Shown here: one piece after another, positions 1-9,810 of the stretch | Position numbering within the stretch: the first letter of the stretch is position 1 | Layout of the letters: the number at the start of each line of letters is the position of its first letter | Sequence record: OR062945.1 | Strand: one strand, 5' to 3' | Length of the DNA stretch: 64,000 nt | Source: Escherichia phage 308Ecol101PP | Translations under genes and position numbers: made by a program | Notes under the pieces: generated by a model | Seen by the model: only the letters and a program-made list of their open reading frames with translations | The model's database searches: none | What the model was told of the DNA's origin: nothing

Positions 1-417
1 TCAACTAATGTATATACCGTTGATACCTCATCTATTGGAAGTCAAACTATTGAAGTTACTGCAACTATTACTGCAACTGATTACGATAGCAAAACTGTTA
101 CAGCAGAAGGTCAAGTTCAGATAACTGATAAAGTTGCTCCAGAACCAGAAGGTGAACTACCTTATGTTCATCCTCTTCCACATCGTACTTCAGCTTACAT
201 CTGGTGCGGTTGGTGGGTTATGGATGAAATCCAAAAAATGACTGAAGAAGGTAAAGATTGGAAAACTGAAGATCCAGATAGTAAATATTACTTGCATCGT
301 TACACTCTTCAGAAGATGATGCAAGATTATCCGGAAGTTGATGTTCAAGAATCACGCAATGGATACATCATTCATAAAACTGCTTTAGAAACTGGTATCA
401 TCTATACATATCCATAA
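1..417 (+). CDS. hoc: Hoc outer capsid protein, C-terminal part (5' end outside window)
   Basis: Frame-1 ORF open from position 1 to TAA at 415-417; C-terminus ...WWVMDEIQKMTEEGKDWK...TGIIYTYP matches recalled T4 Hoc capsid-binding tail. Confidence 0.85.
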   Translation, partial: STNVYTVDTSSIGSQTIEVTATITATDYDSKTVTAEGQVQITDKVAPEPEGELPYVHPLPHRTSAYIWCGWWVMDEIQKMTEEGKDWKTEDPDSKYYLHRYTLQKMMQDYPEVDVQESRNGYIIHKTALETGIIYTYP

Positions 418-422
418 TCGTA

Positions 423-450
423 AGGGGCTTCGGCCCCTTTCTTCGTTTTT
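423..450 (+). terminator. rho-independent terminator after hoc
   Basis: AGGGGC-ttcg-GCCCCT hairpin followed by T-rich run. Confidence 0.6.
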
Positions 451-506
451 AAAGCATACAAAACACAACTTGAGATTGATGTGTATAATGGCACAAACCA
501 AATAAT

Positions 507-713
507 ATGGGATTGATTATGAGAGCTGAAGTTGAAGTTTATACATTACATGAGGCGGGATTTTCATTCGTAGAAATTGCTCAAAAAATCGGTTTACAAC
601 CTAAAGAAGTTGGATTACTATGGACTAAAGCCGAGACAGCTCGGTCAAAGTTTAAAGCAAAAGAAAAAGTTGTATACCGTAAACGTTTGATTAACAAAAA
701 GGTGAAGAAATGA
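507..713 (+). CDS. small basic protein with helix-turn-helix-like segment (position of T4 24.3)
   Basis: 68-aa ORF; EIAQKIGLQPKEV resembles an HTH; alternative ATG at 519. Confidence 0.5.
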   Translation: MGLIMRAEVEVYTLHEAGFSFVEIAQKIGLQPKEVGLLWTKAETARSKFKAKEKVVYRKRLINKKVKK

Positions 714-961
714 GTTTTGCACAGGAATTAAGAGAAAGGGCTCTGGCCACTAAAGCCAATTTGTTGAAAGATTTTATTACTAACTTCTCTGTGATGGCAG
801 AGAAAGCCGCTGACAAAGGCCAGACACAATTTACATACTATCCGTCAAAGAATGATTTAACTATCACCGAGCAAATCGGGCAGTGGTTCCGTGATAACGG
901 CTTTCAGTACAAAATTAATCACGACCAGCGTGATGGGCACTGGATAGAAATCAAGTTCTAG
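710..961 (+). CDS. hypothetical protein (position of T4 24.2)
   Basis: 83-aa ORF with ATGA overlap to upstream ORF. Confidence 0.5.
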   Translation: MSFAQELRERALATKANLLKDFITNFSVMAEKAADKGQTQFTYYPSKNDLTITEQIGQWFRDNGFQYKINHDQRDGHWIEIKF

Positions 962-989
962 TATGCTTTACATTTTTTGATGGTATAAT
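962..989 (+). promoter_or_regulatory. candidate T4 middle-mode promoter (MotA box plus -10)
   Basis: taTGCTTTA at 962-970 and TATAAT at 984-989, 13-nt spacer, upstream of rnlB. Confidence 0.4.
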
Positions 990-1080
990 GAATCTAGGTT
1001 CTATCCATTCAAATTAAACATTGGGCCGGAGATAGAGTCTCTGCTAATTATTTTGATATTATTATTTATAATGGTGATTT

Positions 1081-2079
1081 ATGTTTAAGAAATACAGCAG
1101 TCTTGAAAACCACTACAACTCTAAGTTTATTGAAAAACTCTACACTAATGGTTTGACTACTGGTGTTTGGGTAGCACGTGAGAAAATCCATGGGACCAAC
1201 TTCTCGTTAATAATTGAACGTGACAACGTCACATGCGCCAAGCGCACAGGCCCTATTCTTCCAGCAGAAGATTTTTACGGCTATGAAATCGTACTCAAGA
1301 AGTACGATAAAGCTATTAAAGCCGTTCAGGAATTAATGCACGAAGCTCGAGCAGTATCATATCAAGTATTCGGTGAATTCGCTGGTGGTGGAATCCAGAA
1401 AGGTGTTGACTACGGTGAAAAAGATTTTTATGTGTTCGATATCCTTATCAATACAGAAAGTGGTGATAATACGTATTTGACCGATTACGAAATGCAAGAT
1501 TTCTGTAATGAATTCGGTTTTAAAATGGCACCAATGCTTGGTCGTGGAACATTTGATGCTCTTATCATGATTCCAAATGACCTTGATTCCGTCTTAGCCG
1601 CTTATAATGCTACTGCGTCAGAAGACCTTGTAGAAGCAAATAATTGTGTATTTGATGCTAATGTTATTGGCGATAATACAGCAGAAGGTTATGTTCTGAA
1701 GCCGTGTTTCCCTAAATGGCTGCCAAACGGTACTCGTGTAGCTATTAAGTGCAAGAACTCTAAATTCAGTGAAAAGAAAAAGTCTGATAAGCCTATTAAA
1801 ACTCAGGTTCCATTAACAGAAATTGACAAAAACTTGCTTGATGTTCTAGCTTGTTATGTTACATTAAATCGTGTTAATAATGTGATTTCTAAGATTGGGA
1901 CTGTAACGCCAAAAGATTTTGGCAAAGTGATGGGATTGACTGTTCAAGATATTTTGGAAGAAACTTCTCGTGAAGGTATTGTATTAACATCATCTGATAA
2001 TCCAAATCTTGTTAAGAAAGAATTAGTCCGAATGGTGCAAGATGTTCTGCGTCCTGCATGGATTGAATTAGTATCATAA
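1081..2079 (+). CDS. rnlB: RNA ligase 2
   Basis: 332 aa; N-terminus [21 protein letters not shown] and motif EKIHGTN match recalled T4 Rnl2 almost along full length. Confidence 0.95.
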   Translation: MFKKYSSLENHYNSKFIEKLYTNGLTTGVWVAREKIHGTNFSLIIERDNVTCAKRTGPILPAEDFYGYEIVLKKYDKAIKAVQELMHEARAVSYQVFGEFAGGGIQKGVDYGEKDFYVFDILINTESGDNTYLTDYEMQDFCNEFGFKMAPMLGRGTFDALIMIPNDLDSVLAAYNATASEDLVEANNCVFDANVIGDNTAEGYVLKPCFPKWLPNGTRVAIKCKNSKFSEKKKSDKPIKTQVPLTEIDKNLLDVLACYVTLNRVNNVISKIGTVTPKDFGKVMGLTVQDILEETSREGIVLTSSDNPNLVKKELVRMVQDVLRPAWIELVS

Positions 2080-2083
2080 CGAA

Positions 2084-2105
2084 AAAGGGACCGTAAGGTC
2101 CCTTT
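2084..2105. terminator. bidirectional hairpin terminator between convergent rnlB and gene 24
   Basis: AAAGGGACC-gtaa-GGTCCCTTT, T-run on plus side and A-run (T-run on minus) flanking. Confidence 0.6.
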
Positions 2106-2109
2106 TGTT

Positions 2110-3393
2110 TTATTCATCAATGATAATTTTTGGTAGCTTAACACCGAGTAAAACAGACAAGTCTGAACGTCCTGCCATTTTATCCATGTCCCCACCATCG
2201 ATTATTCTCGCTTCTTTTTCGTCTTTTGCTACTGTGTAAGGATTTGCTGATAAAGCATATCTAACCAATAATCCAATAGACGGTTGCAAGCTTTCTGGAT
2301 CAACTACAACTTTAAAAGCACCGACATGTTCCGGGTCATCTAAATCTACTCCTTCAGTGTATGGAGCATAAAAGATGGACCCTACAATTTCTTTTTCGCC
2401 GATATTTTCTACAACACCTACAATAACATAATCTAACGGACTGTTGGTATCGCAGTAAAGAGGTAATCCATTTGCCAAGAATCCATAAGCATTTTGTGAA
2501 AGATACTTGTCATCTTCTGGCTTATGTTTTAACCAACCGGAAGCAGCAAGAATAGCAGCCGCACGAGCTGAGGCTACACAAAACGTTGCAGTATAAGTCG
2601 TCTCTTTTTGAATGTGCGATACCATTTCACACACCATTCGATATAATGAACGACCTGCTTCTGGAGCGGATGCATAGCTCAAGTCAATAAATCCGGTATC
2701 GGTAATTCCAGTAACTTTATAACGTTTCGATACAGTAATTAAAGACTGAAGAATATCTTTATTAATTTCATCAGCCATTTCAGTAGCAAGCAAATCTTCT
2801 AAGAAGTTAGGGGCATCAAATCCATTCGCTTCCAAATCTTGCGCTAATTCGACCGTGAGGCCAGTTTTAAGTTTACGTGATTTGACTGAAGTTTGCCATT
2901 TATTAATCTGGAATCTTGCATCAGAAATTTCGCTATCGGAGCTTTCAAATTTGCTTGTTACCGCTGCATCTGAAAATAACCGTACCTTTAAATGAACGAC
3001 TGCAATCTGAAGAGCTAGTTCTAGATCACTTTCTTGAATATCTGCAAATGGTGTATCTTCTAACACTTTATAGACGATATTATTATATTTGAAAAAATCA
3101 CCTTTATTTAGTGTGACTTTTGATTCTTCTGTTAGCTCAGTAATTTTTTCTCGGTCTACATATCCAACTTCACCCGCATAAGTAGCGCCAGTTTTAAATG
3201 TGAATTCGTTATCTGGGTTAAGATATTTGATACCATAAAAAGCAGCAACAGGTTGATTAGTTCTTTGTGTTGCTACAATGTCAGAATATATTAATTTAGT
3301 CGTAGCGCGAGTCAAAGCAACGAGATTTGGGCGACCAATTGAGTTGCTAGTAGACGTTGTAGATTCACGCAATAATTTTTGGATTTTACTCAT
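2110..3393 (-). CDS. 24: capsid vertex protein gp24
   Basis: 427 aa, same length as T4 gp24, directly downstream of gene 23 on same strand; capsid-fold paralog of gp23. Confidence 0.9.
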   Translation of the reverse strand: MSKIQKLLRESTTSTSNSIGRPNLVALTRATTKLIYSDIVATQRTNQPVAAFYGIKYLNPDNEFTFKTGATYAGEVGYVDREKITELTEESKVTLNKGDFFKYNNIVYKVLEDTPFADIQESDLELALQIAVVHLKVRLFSDAAVTSKFESSDSEISDARFQINKWQTSVKSRKLKTGLTVELAQDLEANGFDAPNFLEDLLATEMADEINKDILQSLITVSKRYKVTGITDTGFIDLSYASAPEAGRSLYRMVCEMVSHIQKETTYTATFCVASARAAAILAASGWLKHKPEDDKYLSQNAYGFLANGLPLYCDTNSPLDYVIVGVVENIGEKEIVGSIFYAPYTEGVDLDDPEHVGAFKVVVDPESLQPSIGLLVRYALSANPYTVAKDEKEARIIDGGDMDKMAGRSDLSVLLGVKLPKIIIDE

Positions 3394-3420
3394 TGCATTT
3401 TTTCCTTATGTGATATAGAT

Positions 3421-3428
3421 TATTTATA
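3421..3428 (-). promoter_or_regulatory. late promoter for gene 24
   Basis: TATAAATA on minus strand 28 nt upstream of ATG at 3393. Confidence 0.6.
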
Positions 3429-3434
3429 AAGATT

Positions 3435-3470
3435 GTTTACAACGTATTTGGTATGTGATACTATAGACTT
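3435..3470 (+). promoter_or_regulatory. early-type promoter for the 89-aa ORF
   Basis: GTTTACA at 3435-3441, TACTAT -10 about 17 nt downstream, then GAGGAG RBS. Confidence 0.45.
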
Positions 3471-3494
3471 ATCAACTACAGAGGAGTAAACAAA

Positions 3495-3764
3495 ATGACT
3501 AAAGCACGTTTCTTACGAGATACTTTAAAAGTTCTAGAAGCTGAAGCAGTTAAGTTAGTAGAAAAATATGGTGCAAAAGTTAATGGTAATGCCTTCAACA
3601 AAGTATGGATGAAAGTTGATTCTGAAGCTCGAGCTAAAGGTTATTGGGCCACTGATAAACTTGCATCATTCAAAAACAAAGACGGTTCTCTAGCATATGT
3701 CCAAGAAGGTATGCCTAATTGGCAAAATATTTTGAAAACTTACATCGAAATTGCACAGAAATAA
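3495..3764 (+). CDS. hypothetical 89-aa protein, antisense between genes 23 and 24
   Basis: ORF with GAGGAG RBS 8 nt upstream; own early-type promoter. Confidence 0.6.
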   Translation: MTKARFLRDTLKVLEAEAVKLVEKYGAKVNGNAFNKVWMKVDSEARAKGYWATDKLASFKNKDGSLAYVQEGMPNWQNILKTYIEIAQK

Positions 3765-3774
3765 AACCAAAAAT

Positions 3775-3792
3775 GGGAGACCGAAGTCTCCC
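3775..3792 (-). terminator. terminator downstream of gene 23
   Basis: GGGAGAC-cgaa-GTCTCCC hairpin followed by T-run on minus strand. Confidence 0.65.
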
Positions 3793-3816
3793 AAAATAAG
3801 ATTTAATCAATTAAGA

Positions 3817-5385
3817 TTAGATGCCTTTTACATATACACGGCGGAAGTAAGCGTTCTTACCAAGGCTGTTCAGGATAGACGGCATACCGGACTGGATGCG
3901 AGCACCTGGAGCCTGCAGGGAACTTTCAGCAAACGGGTTAACACCGATACCGTAACGAGTTTTAAAGCCCATTACCGGCTGGAAGTTCTTAGGATCGGAA
4001 CCACGCAGTGGGGTAAGTGCAACGTAAGGAGCATAGTAAATACCTGCATCCATTTCGTTAGCGCCTTTGTAACCAACGGTGAAGTAATCCTGTTTAGCAT
4101 ACTGGTCGATGTATACGCGGTATTTACCACCAAGTACACCGGCAAATACGGACTTAGTAGTGTCGGTATTAAAACCAGAAGCCAGACCCTGTGCAGCATA
4201 AGAAATACCAGTATCAACTGAAGCCAGTACGTTAACTACGTTACGGGAAGCGATAATGAAGTTACCTTCACCACGACCGGTTTGACGAGCAATTTCAACT
4301 GCTTCTTTATCAATCTGGAACAACAGAGATTTAAAGCTTTCACCGGCCCAACGAGCACCACGGATATCAATCGGGTCCTGGAAGTCAAATACACCAGCTT
4401 TAGAACCCGGAGTCAGGGTCATACCAGATTTACCAACCTGTGCTGAGTAGTTAATCCAATCAACAACTTCACGGTTGATTTCTAGCATAATTTCTGTAGC
4501 CAGAATACCGCTCAGTTCAGCATCAGCATCCATACCGTGTACTGCACGGAGGTCTTGTGCTAATTCGATAGAGTAAGCAGCTTTCAGCTGGCGAGATTTA
4601 GCTTCAATAACTTGTTTATCGATACGGAAGCCCATTTCATTCCATGGGTTATCGGTAGAACCGTTGAAACCTTCCTGGAGTTCAGCGATAGAAGTAGCCA
4701 TACCTTCAGCGATTTCTACCAGTGCACCAGCTTCCATTTGTTTCTTAACTTCTGCATCTAATTTAGCTGCATCAGTTGCACCAGAATCAAGTGTTACGAT
4801 AGCAGAAGCTTGCAGATATACAGTACCAGTTTCTTGGAAGAAGTGAGTATAGATATCACCTACAACAGTAGTAGTGTCAGCAGCCAGAGCTGGGAATTTC
4901 TTAGCAGCACCCTGACCAGAGAACATCGCGTCTGGGGCATACATCGGATGGAAAGCTTCTTTAGCGCCAGCAGCGATAGGGTCTTTACCATATACTGCAC
5001 GGAGAGCAAATACCTGACCGGTCGGGCTGTTCATAGGCTGAACACCACAAATATCAAAAGCGATCAGATTAGGAATAGCACGTCGAACCATACCCATAAC
5101 TGCCGGCCCAATTTGGGTTACTGCACCAGAGGTTTGACCCGCTGCGATGTTCTGAGCATTATAACCATGGTCACCGCCAATTTCAGCTTCGGTCAAGAAA
5201 GAACCAAACGCCTGAGCGATTTTCTCGTCTTTATATTCAGGGGATACTTCGAAATCTTTTTCCTGGTTTTCGAAGATTTTAGCGATAATAGCCTGCTTGC
5301 TATTAGCGATTTCCGGCAGGCCTTCACCTTCCAGCAGTTCTTTCCATTTGTCTACGAGCTGAGCTTTAGTTTTGATAGTAGTCAT
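3817..5385 (-). CDS. 23: major capsid protein gp23
   Basis: 522 aa; near-identical along full length to recalled T4 gp23 (MTTIKTKAQL...FRRVYVKGI). Confidence 0.97.
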   Translation of the reverse strand: MTTIKTKAQLVDKWKELLEGEGLPEIANSKQAIIAKIFENQEKDFEVSPEYKDEKIAQAFGSFLTEAEIGGDHGYNAQNIAAGQTSGAVTQIGPAVMGMVRRAIPNLIAFDICGVQPMNSPTGQVFALRAVYGKDPIAAGAKEAFHPMYAPDAMFSGQGAAKKFPALAADTTTVVGDIYTHFFQETGTVYLQASAIVTLDSGATDAAKLDAEVKKQMEAGALVEIAEGMATSIAELQEGFNGSTDNPWNEMGFRIDKQVIEAKSRQLKAAYSIELAQDLRAVHGMDADAELSGILATEIMLEINREVVDWINYSAQVGKSGMTLTPGSKAGVFDFQDPIDIRGARWAGESFKSLLFQIDKEAVEIARQTGRGEGNFIIASRNVVNVLASVDTGISYAAQGLASGFNTDTTKSVFAGVLGGKYRVYIDQYAKQDYFTVGYKGANEMDAGIYYAPYVALTPLRGSDPKNFQPVMGFKTRYGIGVNPFAESSLQAPGARIQSGMPSILNSLGKNAYFRRVYVKGI

Positions 5386-5402
5386 TTGTGTTAACCTTTA
5401 AA

Positions 5403-6215
5403 TTAGAAACGAGATGCGACTTTCGCATATAAACTTACATTAGAATTCTGTTCTACCTGAGTTGTGGTAGTGTCAACTGCTTCGGCAACAAAATTAAGAC
5501 CGGCAGCGTCATTGTCAACTGTATTTATACTTTCGGTAATAGCGGCTTCTTCTTTAGTAGAACCTTTAACCATTTCTACAATAGCAGTTAACTTAGTACC
5601 AAATGCGTCAGAATAATCCATACCTTCAACCAGGCCAATAACTTTTTCTTTCTGAGATTCAGTCAGGTCTTTTACGCTTTCATTAATAGCGGTTTCACGC
5701 TGAACGTAATTGATATATGCATCACGTTTGGTAACTTCTTCGAACAAACGAGCGGTTTCTTCTTTATGTTCGGCCAGCTCTTCTTCCATTTCTGCTACAA
5801 CATCTACAGATTCTTCTGGAACAACAACGTTATGTTCAACAAACAGTTCTTTCAGACCACCAAGCATGGATTCGAACAAATCAGCTTTAATGCCTTTATC
5901 AACTGCGATTTGGTTTTCTGCGAGCCATTCTTTTGCAAGATGGTCTAGGAATTTAGAAGCTTGTTCAGCCAATTTTTTATCAGCTTTCTCTTCAGCATCT
6001 TCTTTAGCCTTTTCAACTTCTTCTTCGGCCTTTTCGGCGATGGCTTTGATATGAGATTCAGCCAGTTTGACTGCTTCCTGCTTAACGGTGGCTTCGAATA
6101 CAGTGCTGAAATTAGCTTTAACGTCCGGAGACAGTTCTACTGATTCGAAAACACTATTAAGAGCAACTGAAGTCTCGATGTTCTGAGCTTCTTTCAAAAG
6201 TTGTTCTTTGATCAT
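5403..6215 (-). CDS. 22: prohead scaffold core protein gp22
   Basis: 270 aa acidic coiled-coil protein; matches T4 gp22 in sequence and position. Confidence 0.9.
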   Translation of the reverse strand: MIKEQLLKEAQNIETSVALNSVFESVELSPDVKANFSTVFEATVKQEAVKLAESHIKAIAEKAEEEVEKAKEDAEEKADKKLAEQASKFLDHLAKEWLAENQIAVDKGIKADLFESMLGGLKELFVEHNVVVPEESVDVVAEMEEELAEHKEETARLFEEVTKRDAYINYVQRETAINESVKDLTESQKEKVIGLVEGMDYSDAFGTKLTAIVEMVKGSTKEEAAITESINTVDNDAAGLNFVAEAVDTTTTQVEQNSNVSLYAKVASRF

Positions 6216-6245
6216 TTTAGTGTCCTGTGGTTTAGATTACATTAT

Positions 6246-6253
6246 TATTTATA
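6246..6253 (-). promoter_or_regulatory. late promoter for gene 22
   Basis: TATAAATA on minus strand 31 nt upstream of ATG at 6215, inside 3' end of gene 21. Confidence 0.5.
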
Positions 6254-6890
6254 ATGCTTTTAAACTCTCTGCGAGAGCTTTAAATGCTTCGTCAGCACTG
6301 TTTTTGGTGATTTCCACCGAATTTTCTGATTCTGATATTTGTTTAGGAGTAACCCAAGCATCTGGAGCAGAAGGTCCCCATACGGCATCTACGCCGACGG
6401 TTAATTTAAATCCTTCGTTCACGATACGGTACCCTTTATTGGTGTCGGTTAAAGAACCAAGACCACGAGAGGAAACACCTGGAATCCAACCAGCTCGTAT
6501 ATTAGCAGCTAATTTATCGCCGGGACCATGGTCGCCTTCAATAATTCTAGCACGTCCATATACATCGTTTCCTTTCCACCACATATCTTCAATAATGATA
6601 GCGGCTTGCATAGGGTCAACATTTGCACGAGGTGGATGGTTTAATTCTCCAAGGGCTTGTTTGGTTGCGACTTGTTCTTTAATATAGTCACTTACTGCTT
6701 TTTCCAAAACGCGTTTAGGATATAAACGTTTATTTCGGTTAACAACCTCTGCCTGAAGAAAAATACCTTCTATATAAAGCCCTGGTTTTAAGCCAGAATC
6801 TTTTCCATCATGAGATTCCAACATTGGAACGCCATCAATAATCTCACCGGGTTGACCCCAAGTTTCAATAAGTAACTCGGGTTTATTCAT
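6249..6890 (-). CDS. 21: prohead protease gp21
   Basis: 213 aa; [22 protein letters not shown]... matches T4 gp21. Confidence 0.92.
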   Translation of the reverse strand: MNKPELLIETWGQPGEIIDGVPMLESHDGKDSGLKPGLYIEGIFLQAEVVNRNKRLYPKRVLEKAVSDYIKEQVATKQALGELNHPPRANVDPMQAAIIIEDMWWKGNDVYGRARIIEGDHGPGDKLAANIRAGWIPGVSSRGLGSLTDTNKGYRIVNEGFKLTVGVDAVWGPSAPDAWVTPKQISESENSVEITKNSADEAFKALAESLKAL

Positions 6891-7315
6891 TAGCTTAATC
6901 CTAATGCTTTACGACGTTTAAGAGCTTTTTTACGCTTACGCAAGCCTTTAACTTGGCCTGAAGGGTTAGCTTTTTTAGCTTTAACGACCTTACGAGCGAT
7001 TTGTCTACGTTTTGCTTTAGAAAGACCGGTTGTTTGGAACGCGTTACGTTCACGAGTTTTACGGTCTTTAGTGCGAGTGACTTCACCACGAGAAGAAACA
7101 TGTTTAACGATAAACTCATTTAACTGTTCTTCATTAATAATGGAAGCCATTGCAACAGCTAAATCCGTTTCAGTTTCAAGCATGTTCTCGATAATAGTAT
7201 TTATATCGTCAATATCGAGAGCAGAAGACAATACATCGATTCGGCCCTGTGCTTCAGGAATAAGTGCTTCGACATTTTCGAGTACCAATTCATAAGATTC
7301 AGGGATAAGATACAT
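6890..7315 (-). CDS. 68: prohead core protein gp68
   Basis: 141 aa, basic C-terminus, synteny between 67 and 21. Confidence 0.8.
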   Translation of the reverse strand: MYLIPESYELVLENVEALIPEAQGRIDVLSSALDIDDINTIIENMLETETDLAVAMASIINEEQLNEFIVKHVSSRGEVTRTKDRKTRERNAFQTTGLSKAKRRQIARKVVKAKKANPSGQVKGLRKRKKALKRRKALGLS

Positions 7316-7551
7316 TATTCATCGTCCTCATCATCTTCGTCTTCGTCGTCATCGCCTTCATCAGCGTCGTCTTCCGAAGCTTTAGCTTTCTTTTCTTCTT
7401 CAGGTTCTTCGCCTTCAATTAAAAATTGAGAAGCGATTTCTGCTTTGCGTGCTTCAATCAAACGAACCGTTTTTTCTGCCATTGCACTTTCAAAAAACTT
7501 TCGAGTAGCAACGAGGTCGTTTGATTTAATAGCTTGAATTAAATCGTCCAT
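7315..7551 (-). CDS. 67: prohead core protein gp67
   Basis: 78 aa with poly-acidic C-tail ([18 protein letters not shown]), synteny after gene 20. Confidence 0.8.
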   Translation of the reverse strand: MDDLIQAIKSNDLVATRKFFESAMAEKTVRLIEARKAEIASQFLIEGEEPEEEKKAKASEDDADEGDDDEDEDDEDDE

Positions 7552-9122
7552 TAAAAATCCTCTTGTTCTTGGTCGGGGTCTTGGAAACGAGCCTCTTTCG
7601 ACTCTTCTTCAATTTGCTTAGCCTCTTGTTCAATTTCCTCGTCAGACATCTGAAGAATATCTTTCATAGCTGTTCTGTGAGAAATATATTTACCAATAAA
7701 TGGTTCGGCCATCTGAAGCATATTAATGCGGCGCTCCAGAATCTCAGCATCCTTTAATTCCGAGAAATAACTATCCCGATGAAATTTTATCTTAATATTA
7801 TTTATTTCATCATTCCACTCATCTTCTGTAATAATTCCTTTAAGAATTAAATTAGTTTTAAGCGGGTCTAGGAATATCTCTTCAAATTTATGTTGCAGCT
7901 CACGAATAAATTTACCAAACGACAATTCATCTCGTGTAATAGAAGTACCAGCATCAAACTGTATACCACCTTGGTCACTTGGAATACGGGTAATAGGAAT
8001 ACGTAAAGCCATATAAAGCGCATTACGGAACCAACGTACATCTTCCATATTTCCAGTATTATCTGCACCTGGTAATGTATCAACTTCTGTTACTGCTTTA
8101 CCATCACGTCGTTGTAACCAATAATCTTCGGTCATCGACATAATATGCTGCTGGTTTTTAATCTTGCCTGTAGTAGCATCATATGCAATACGGTTTTTCA
8201 TCGTATTCATAACATGTTGCATATGTTCTGCTGCTTTTCTTGAAGGCATATTACCTGTATCAACGTACCATACACGACGATCGGGAGCACGAGTAATACG
8301 ATAAATTACGACGGCATCTTCAAGAAGTTTTAATTGGTTCGCTGGCTTAATAGCCCGATGCAAATAACCGATTATATTTTTACCACAACAATCAACTAAA
8401 CCAGAATGGGCATAAACAATCGCGGCTTTAGGGATTTTTATTTTTGTGCCAGCTTCATATATGCGACCATCACAAGCATAAGATTCGTGTGACGTGTCAT
8501 AAATGAAATATTCTTTATAACCCTTGACTATTTTAACACCGGCTTCAGTGGTTGTAATAACTTCACGGACATATTGAACTTGACGTGGGTCTAAACGACG
8601 AAGCTCTTTAATACCTTCTTTAGGGCGTTTAGGGTCAATAATTTTATGGAAGAAAATTCGAGAATCCACATACCAACGTCTAAAATGATCTGAACCTTTA
8701 CGTTGGAAAGATAAATGATTTAACACTTCATTAAATTCATCCAACATCATTGATTTGATATTTGGACTAAATTTTGTGTTGTCTAAATTTATAGAAACGA
8801 CTTCTGTATCATCTTCATACACGATAGCATCGGAAACTATTTCAGAGACTGCATTATCCACTTCATAGTTCGTCATCAAATTTCGATACGTATCGATTAA
8901 TTCACGGGTTGATTTGAGCCCTGGTTCTTGACTACCGAACATTCTCTGAAACATAGCATTATATGTTTGCTGTGCTTCATTTTCAGATACTTCATATTCT
9001 TTAGCGCCGTCGTCCAATTTTGGTGCGGTGATAGATTCTAAATTTTCTTTTTCTTGGTCTTTGTAATCACGTTCGTCCATTTTTGCCCATGGAGCAAACA
9101 AACTTAAGATATTAAATTTCAT
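7551..9122 (-). CDS. 20: portal protein gp20
   Basis: 523 aa; [18 protein letters not shown]... matches T4 gp20. Confidence 0.95.
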   Translation of the reverse strand: MKFNILSLFAPWAKMDERDYKDQEKENLESITAPKLDDGAKEYEVSENEAQQTYNAMFQRMFGSQEPGLKSTRELIDTYRNLMTNYEVDNAVSEIVSDAIVYEDDTEVVSINLDNTKFSPNIKSMMLDEFNEVLNHLSFQRKGSDHFRRWYVDSRIFFHKIIDPKRPKEGIKELRRLDPRQVQYVREVITTTEAGVKIVKGYKEYFIYDTSHESYACDGRIYEAGTKIKIPKAAIVYAHSGLVDCCGKNIIGYLHRAIKPANQLKLLEDAVVIYRITRAPDRRVWYVDTGNMPSRKAAEHMQHVMNTMKNRIAYDATTGKIKNQQHIMSMTEDYWLQRRDGKAVTEVDTLPGADNTGNMEDVRWFRNALYMALRIPITRIPSDQGGIQFDAGTSITRDELSFGKFIRELQHKFEEIFLDPLKTNLILKGIITEDEWNDEINNIKIKFHRDSYFSELKDAEILERRINMLQMAEPFIGKYISHRTAMKDILQMSDEEIEQEAKQIEEESKEARFQDPDQEQEDF

Positions 9123-9150
9123 TGTATTCTCCGAATGGGAATTATAGTTA

Positions 9151-9158
9151 TATTTATA
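9151..9158 (-). promoter_or_regulatory. late promoter for gene 20
   Basis: TATAAATA on minus strand about 30 nt upstream of ATG at 9122; GGGGA-tttc-TCCCC hairpin just upstream. Confidence 0.6.
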
Positions 9159-9206
9159 TGGACTTCTCCGTCATCACGGGAAGCTGGGGATTTCTCCCCA
9201 ACCAGA

Positions 9207-9698
9207 TTATTCCCACCAATCAAGAGCAAGAGTTACTTCGAACGTTTCAATCTCGTTATTGCTGTCCCAGTCAAGAGATACTTCACCGACGTTAGTAGGC
9301 CACAAGCCAACAATTTCAACTTCTTTAGTGACCGTTTTAGCATCACGAGCAAATTGACGAACGATAGCAGTCTTTTTATATTCAGCAGGTTTACCACCGG
9401 TAATTTCATTACCTTGTCCTGCTGCAATACCTTGCCAATCAACAAATTTCTGACGAATGCTATGAGCATCATCGTTCATTACTGTAATAGTCCAATCATC
9501 GAATGTACGATCACCAGCCACGTTAATTTTACGGTTCATATAAGAAACAGGAACCTTTTCAACGATCGCAGCAGGAAGAGCCGTAGCACGACACTGGAAG
9601 CTAAAGTTTTGCCCAAGATAAGAGATTTCTACTTCGAACAGGTTAGGGCGAGCGAAATCACCAGATTCGAAGGCACGAGTTACGTCATCTACAAACAT
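9207..9698 (-). CDS. 19: tail tube protein gp19
   Basis: 163 aa; MFVDDVTRAFESGDFARPNLF... matches T4 gp19. Confidence 0.95.
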   Translation of the reverse strand: MFVDDVTRAFESGDFARPNLFEVEISYLGQNFSFQCRATALPAAIVEKVPVSYMNRKINVAGDRTFDDWTITVMNDDAHSIRQKFVDWQGIAAGQGNEITGGKPAEYKKTAIVRQFARDAKTVTKEVEIVGLWPTNVGEVSLDWDSNNEIETFEVTLALDWWE

Positions 9699-9770
9699 AT
9701 TAGCCTCTGTAGTAATATGGGCTTAGGATTAACCGGATGCCCATAGAATTAATTTTTAAACGATATAGTA

Positions 9771-9778
9771 TATTTATA
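9771..9778 (-). promoter_or_regulatory. late promoter between genes 18 and 19
   Basis: TATAAATA on minus strand; GGGCTA-ccgaaa-TAGCCC hairpin immediately upstream. Confidence 0.5.
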
Positions 9779-9810
9779 TGGGCTACCGAAATAGCCCATC
9801 AGACGTCTTA

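Noticed and set aside
1040-1080. TATAAT at 1067-1072 as a promoter for rnlB
   Set aside because: It is only 9 nt upstream of the start codon and overlaps the RBS region; the MotA-box element at 962-989 is the more plausible promoter.
3751-5394. Plus-strand ORFs 3751-4221, 4664-4846, 4810-5394 and minus-strand 3972-4217
   Set aside because: They lie entirely within or against the gene 23 coding region, which is matched along its full length by the major capsid protein; they are out-of-frame or antisense shadows.
5710-6687. Plus-strand ORFs inside genes 22 and 21 (5710-6054, 5766-5948, 5961-6143, 6208-6687)
   Set aside because: Low-complexity antisense frames of well-supported structural genes, with no RBS or promoter.
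7315-7551. Poly-Asp/Glu tail of the 78-aa ORF as a frameshift or low-complexity artefact
   Set aside because: The acidic tail is characteristic of the prohead core protein gp67 and the ORF sits in the expected place between genes 20 and 68.
9135-9746. 203-aa plus-strand ORF spanning gene 19
   Set aside because: Antisense to the tail tube gene, which has a confident T4 match; no translation signals.
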